A DNA stretch of 64,000 nt from Mobula hypostoma (lineage: Eukaryota), in assembly GCF_963921235.1 (NCBI RefSeq), contig NC_086101.1, forward strand, positions 9,426,001-9,490,000, read 5' to 3'. Every line of letters starts with the position of its first letter. Position 1 is the first letter of the stretch. This document shows positions 60,192 to 64,000 of this stretch, one piece after another. Under the pieces are notes generated by a model. That model saw nothing but the letters and a program-made list of their open reading frames with translations, searched no databases and was not told where the DNA came from. The position numbers were made by a program, and so were the translations under genes.

Positions 60192-62468
60192 TTCTGCTGT
60201 TTGTCTTTTCTTTCTTTCGGGAATTTTAACCCAATCAATTTACTCCGTCCCAAATTTAGCGTTCAAAATCGCGGACGAGAACCCCACTTATGTTACGTAC
60301 CCCGTAACTGGGTTGCCAATCCAGCAGAAATGGATCACTCAGTTGGAGTCTGGATTACTGGAACTAAGAAAGTTTTATTAAAGAAACAAGCAACACAGTA
60401 ATCGAAAGGATAATAAATGCAACAGTTCAGCAATGATAACCACACATGTGCACAGAATTAAGATAACAGCATCAATCAAGCTCTATCGTTGTCTAGGGGT
60501 AAATGACCAAATTTCAAAGTGACTCAAAGTTCAGTCCAGTTTAGTAGTTCAGTTCGCAGTAATCGTTGCCATGGCGATGGACAACGTCGGGGAAGAGAGA
60601 GAGAGAACAGGAACAACTGATCATTCAGACACGGCTTCACTCACAGACCGGCGAGATGGCTCACAAGCAACTTTTGGGCGGGTCCTTGGTGATGTCACCT
60701 GAGGTCACCGACTGTGAGCCCTCCTCCAGATGCGGTCGATCCTCTGCAGTGAACCCGGCACCCAGGCAAGGGCGGACACACACCGGGTTCCCGCTGATCG
60801 TACCTTTCCACCCTGGCCGTTGTCTGGTACTTCTCACCGACTCGTGAGAAGCGTAACGCTTCCAGGGTCTCGTTACCTCGGGTGGCGTGTGTCCTGCCTT
60901 AGCGAACCTGTCCCTTTTTATCCCCCTGCTGGGGTATCGCCTGTCCATCACTTCAAACAGTTCAAGGTTCAAAGGGGGGAGCCGCTCCAGACAGCTCTCT
61001 CTCCCCCGTCCCTTCATTACACATCTCCAGACGCTGCTCCATTGTTCCTTATCTCTCCTTCCCCTGAGGGCAGGTGGCAGACCACTTGCTGATGTCACTG
61101 ATGCTAACCTAGGCCAGCAAACATCTTAATTTTATGTGTATTCTCGTCACACAGGGTTTATGAGCATTTGGAGAGACATAATCTCATTACGGTTAGTCAG
61201 TATGGCCTTATCAAGGGCAGGTCATGCCTTACGAGCCTGATTGAAACACTTGAGGAAGTAGCAAAGCACATTGATGGAGGTAGAGCAGTGGATGTAGTGT
61301 ATATGAATTTCAGTAAGGCATTTGATAAGGTTCCCCATGGCAGGCTCCTTCAGAAAGTAAGGAGGCAAGGGATCCAAAGGGACCTTGCTTTGTGGATCCA
61401 GGACTGGCTTGCTCACTGAATACATAGGATAGTTGTAGATGGTTCATATTCTGTATGGAGGTAGGTGACCAGTGGTGTTCCACGGGAATCTGTTCCGGGA
61501 CCCCTCCTCTTTGTGATTTTAATAAATGACCTGGATGAAGAAGTTAAAGGGTGGGTTAATAAGTTTGCTGATGACACAAAGGTTGGGGATATTGTGGGTA
61601 GTCTGGAGGGTTGCCAGAGGTTGCAGCGGGACATCGATAGGATGCAGAACTGGGCTGAGAAGTGGCAGATTGTTTCAACCCAGATAAGAGTGAAGTGGCT
61701 CATTTTGGTACGTCAAATTTGAAAACAGAATATAATATTAATAGTAATCCTCTTGGCAGTGTGGTAGATCTGAGAGATCTTGGGGCCCATGTCCATAGGA
61801 CACTCAGAGCTGCTGAGCAGGGTGACAGTGCTGTTAAGAAGGCGTATCGTGTGTTGGCATTCACCAACCGTGGGATTGAGTTCAAGAGCCGTGAGGTAAT
61901 GTTACAGCTATATGAGATCTTGGTCAGACCTCCTTGCAGTACTGTGTTCATTTGTGTACAGGAAGCATTTGGATACTACAGAGAGAGTGCAGAGGAGATT
62001 TACGAGGATGTTGTTTGGATTGGAGGGCGTACCCAATGTGAATAGAATGAGTGAACTTGGCCTTTTCTCCCTGGAGTGATGTGGGATTATATGTGACATG
62101 ATAGAGGTGTATACGATAATGAGGGACATTGATCGTGTGCAGTCAGAGGTTTTTATCCTAAGGCTGAAATGGCTAACACGGTGGGGTGGGGGGCATAGTT
62201 TTAAGGTGCTTGGAGATAAGTGACGAGGGGATGTCAGGGGTACGTTTTTCCACACAGAGAGTGGTGGGTGTGTGGAATGCACTGCCGGTGGTGATGGTGG
62301 AAGCCGATACAATAGGGTCTTTTAGGAGTCTCTCAGATAGGTACATAGAGCTTAGAAAAATAGAGGGCTATGCACTAGGGAACTTCTAGGCAGTTTCTAG
62401 AGGTTACATGTTTGGCAAAATGTTGTGGGCCAAAGGGCCTGTAATGTGCTATAGGTTTCTATGTTCTG

Positions 62469-62968
62469 TCCCAAATTTCCTTGGCCTACTGAGGAGGAAG
62501 AGGCACTGGTGAACTTTCTGAGCCATTTTCCTTGTACCACAAATAGCTTCCACTGATCTAACCAGATACTGTTGTTTTCTCAAGCTTCCTGCTTTGTTCA
62601 CCATCTCCAGAGACAGAAATCTGGTTTATCTGACGCTCCGAATTACTGTCAGTCACCACAAGGGGGCGATGAGAGATCGTCTGCCCATTGTTGTCACGTG
62701 GGATTCGGCTCGACAACTGTGCGACCAGGAGGAGCCACTGTTGAGAAGCCCCCTCCGAGTCTGACTGTGTCTGATGGTGGGTCGGGTGGGCTGGTGGGGG
62801 GTTGTCACTGCAGGAATTCAGCAACAGAGAAGCGCCTTCGGAAAGTCAAGACTCTCAGTAAGAATGTACTGAGATGCGTTTCCTAAAGTGAGATAAATGG
62901 ACACTGACAACGGCAGATGTACAATACACAGGACAATTACAGTAGACAATTAGAAATGCTGACAACTC
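62469..62968. promoter_or_regulatory. Non-coding module copy 2 with CTCF-type motif (62656-62668)
   Basis: Paralogous to about 41921-42420, same orientation. Confidence 0.55.
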
Positions 62969-62989
62969 TGAATTTCTCAGAGTTAATAT

Positions 62990-63730
62990 TTTGCATGTCC
63001 TGTTCCAGGCCCAGCACGTTAAAACAATTACGAAGAAAGCACAGCAGGCCCTCCACATTCTTAGGAATTTGCAGAGATCCAGCAGGATATCTAAAACTTT
63101 AACAACGTTCTGTGACTGTGTCGTGGAGAGTATATTGACTGGCTGCATCATAGCCTGGGATGGAAACATCAATGCCCTTGAATGGAAAATCCAACAAAAA
63201 GTAGTGGATACAGCCCACTCCATCGTGAGTGAAGCCCTCCACTGCATTGAGCACATCGACATGAAACACGGTCGCAGGAAATCAGCTTTCATCATCAGCG
63301 ACCCCCAATACCATGGGCATGCACTTTTCTCACTGCTGCCATGAGGACGAAGGTACATGAACCTCAGGGTGAGAACCACCAGGTTCAAGAGCAGTTACTA
63401 CCCCTCAGCCATCAGGCTCTTGAACAAAAGGGGATAACCACAGTACCCATCGCTGAATCGTTCCCGTTATCTAAGGACTCTCTTTGAAATAGTCTTCATC
63501 TCATGTTCTTGATATTTATTGATTATTTATTATTATTTATTTTGGCGTTTTGTATTTGCAGTTTGTTGTCGTTTGCACACTGGTTAAACGGCCAGGTTCG
63601 TGCGGTCTTTCATTGATTCCGTTATGTTTGTTATTATTCTGTTGATTTATCGAGTATGCCCACAATAAAATGAACACCAGGGTTGTATATGGTGAGGTTT
63701 ATGTACTTTGATAATAAGTTTGCTTTGAAC
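62990..63730 (+). mobile_element. Rex1/Babar LINE 3' fragment, followed by a Penelope pLTR-like pyrimidine tract to the window end
   Basis: KKAQQALHILR..VESILTGCIIAW..HALFSLLP (62991-63344). Confidence 0.7.
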
Positions 63731-64000
63731 TTTGAACTGCCAGTCACCTGCATCTGGTTCCCCTCCTCCTTCCCTTTCTGCTCTAGTCCTCTGTCCACTT
63801 CTGTCATACTCCTTCTTCAGCCCTTTAACTCCTCCAACTATCACCACCAGCTTCATAATTCACACCCTCCCCTCTCCCGCACACACACCCACCTTTCCTC
63901 TCACTTTGTCTCACCTATCATCTGCAGCTTGTACTCCCAGCCCCCGCCCCCCCCCCGACCTTATTCTGGCTTCTTCCTCCTTTCCAGTCGATGGAGTCTC

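Larger units (their letters stand above)
56273..61151 (-). mobile_element. Young non-autonomous Gmr1-like (SCAN-gag) LTR retrotransposon
   Basis: 861-bp LTRs at 56273-57133 and 60291-61151 (about 10 differences); 4-bp TSD CAGG; Pro-like PBS TGGGGTTCTCGTCCGCGAT at 60268-60286; PPT AAAGGGGGGAAG at 57134-57145. Confidence 0.92.
50578..62470 (+). mobile_element. Older CR1 LINE split into three parts (50578-51503, 55918-56272, 61152-62470)
   Basis: Sequence rejoins across both nested insertions at their TSDs; FADDTKV at 61465-61722; 3' tail near 62460. Confidence 0.82.

Overview
Vertebrate genomic DNA, by repeat content most likely a cartilaginous fish such as a ray or shark (inference). Most of the window is nested transposon debris: several CR1 LINE families (one full-length copy), Rex1/Babar LINE fragments, Penelope-like elements carrying hammerhead-ribozyme motifs, V-SINEs, a Tc1/mariner MITE, a CsRn1-like Gypsy element split by an internally deleted L1, and a young non-autonomous SCAN/Gmr1-like LTR element. 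The only host gene I can support is the 3' part of a + strand TRIM-type B30.2 gene: exons 7279-7301, 7398-7516 and 29451-29983 splice in frame across a 21.9-kb TE-filled last intron. The least explained feature is a diverged ~500-bp non-coding duplication (about 41.9 kb and 62.5 kb) with three near-invariant, mutually complementary blocks, one holding a CTCF-type motif. Boundaries of degenerate TE fragments are approximate, and all identities were counted by eye.
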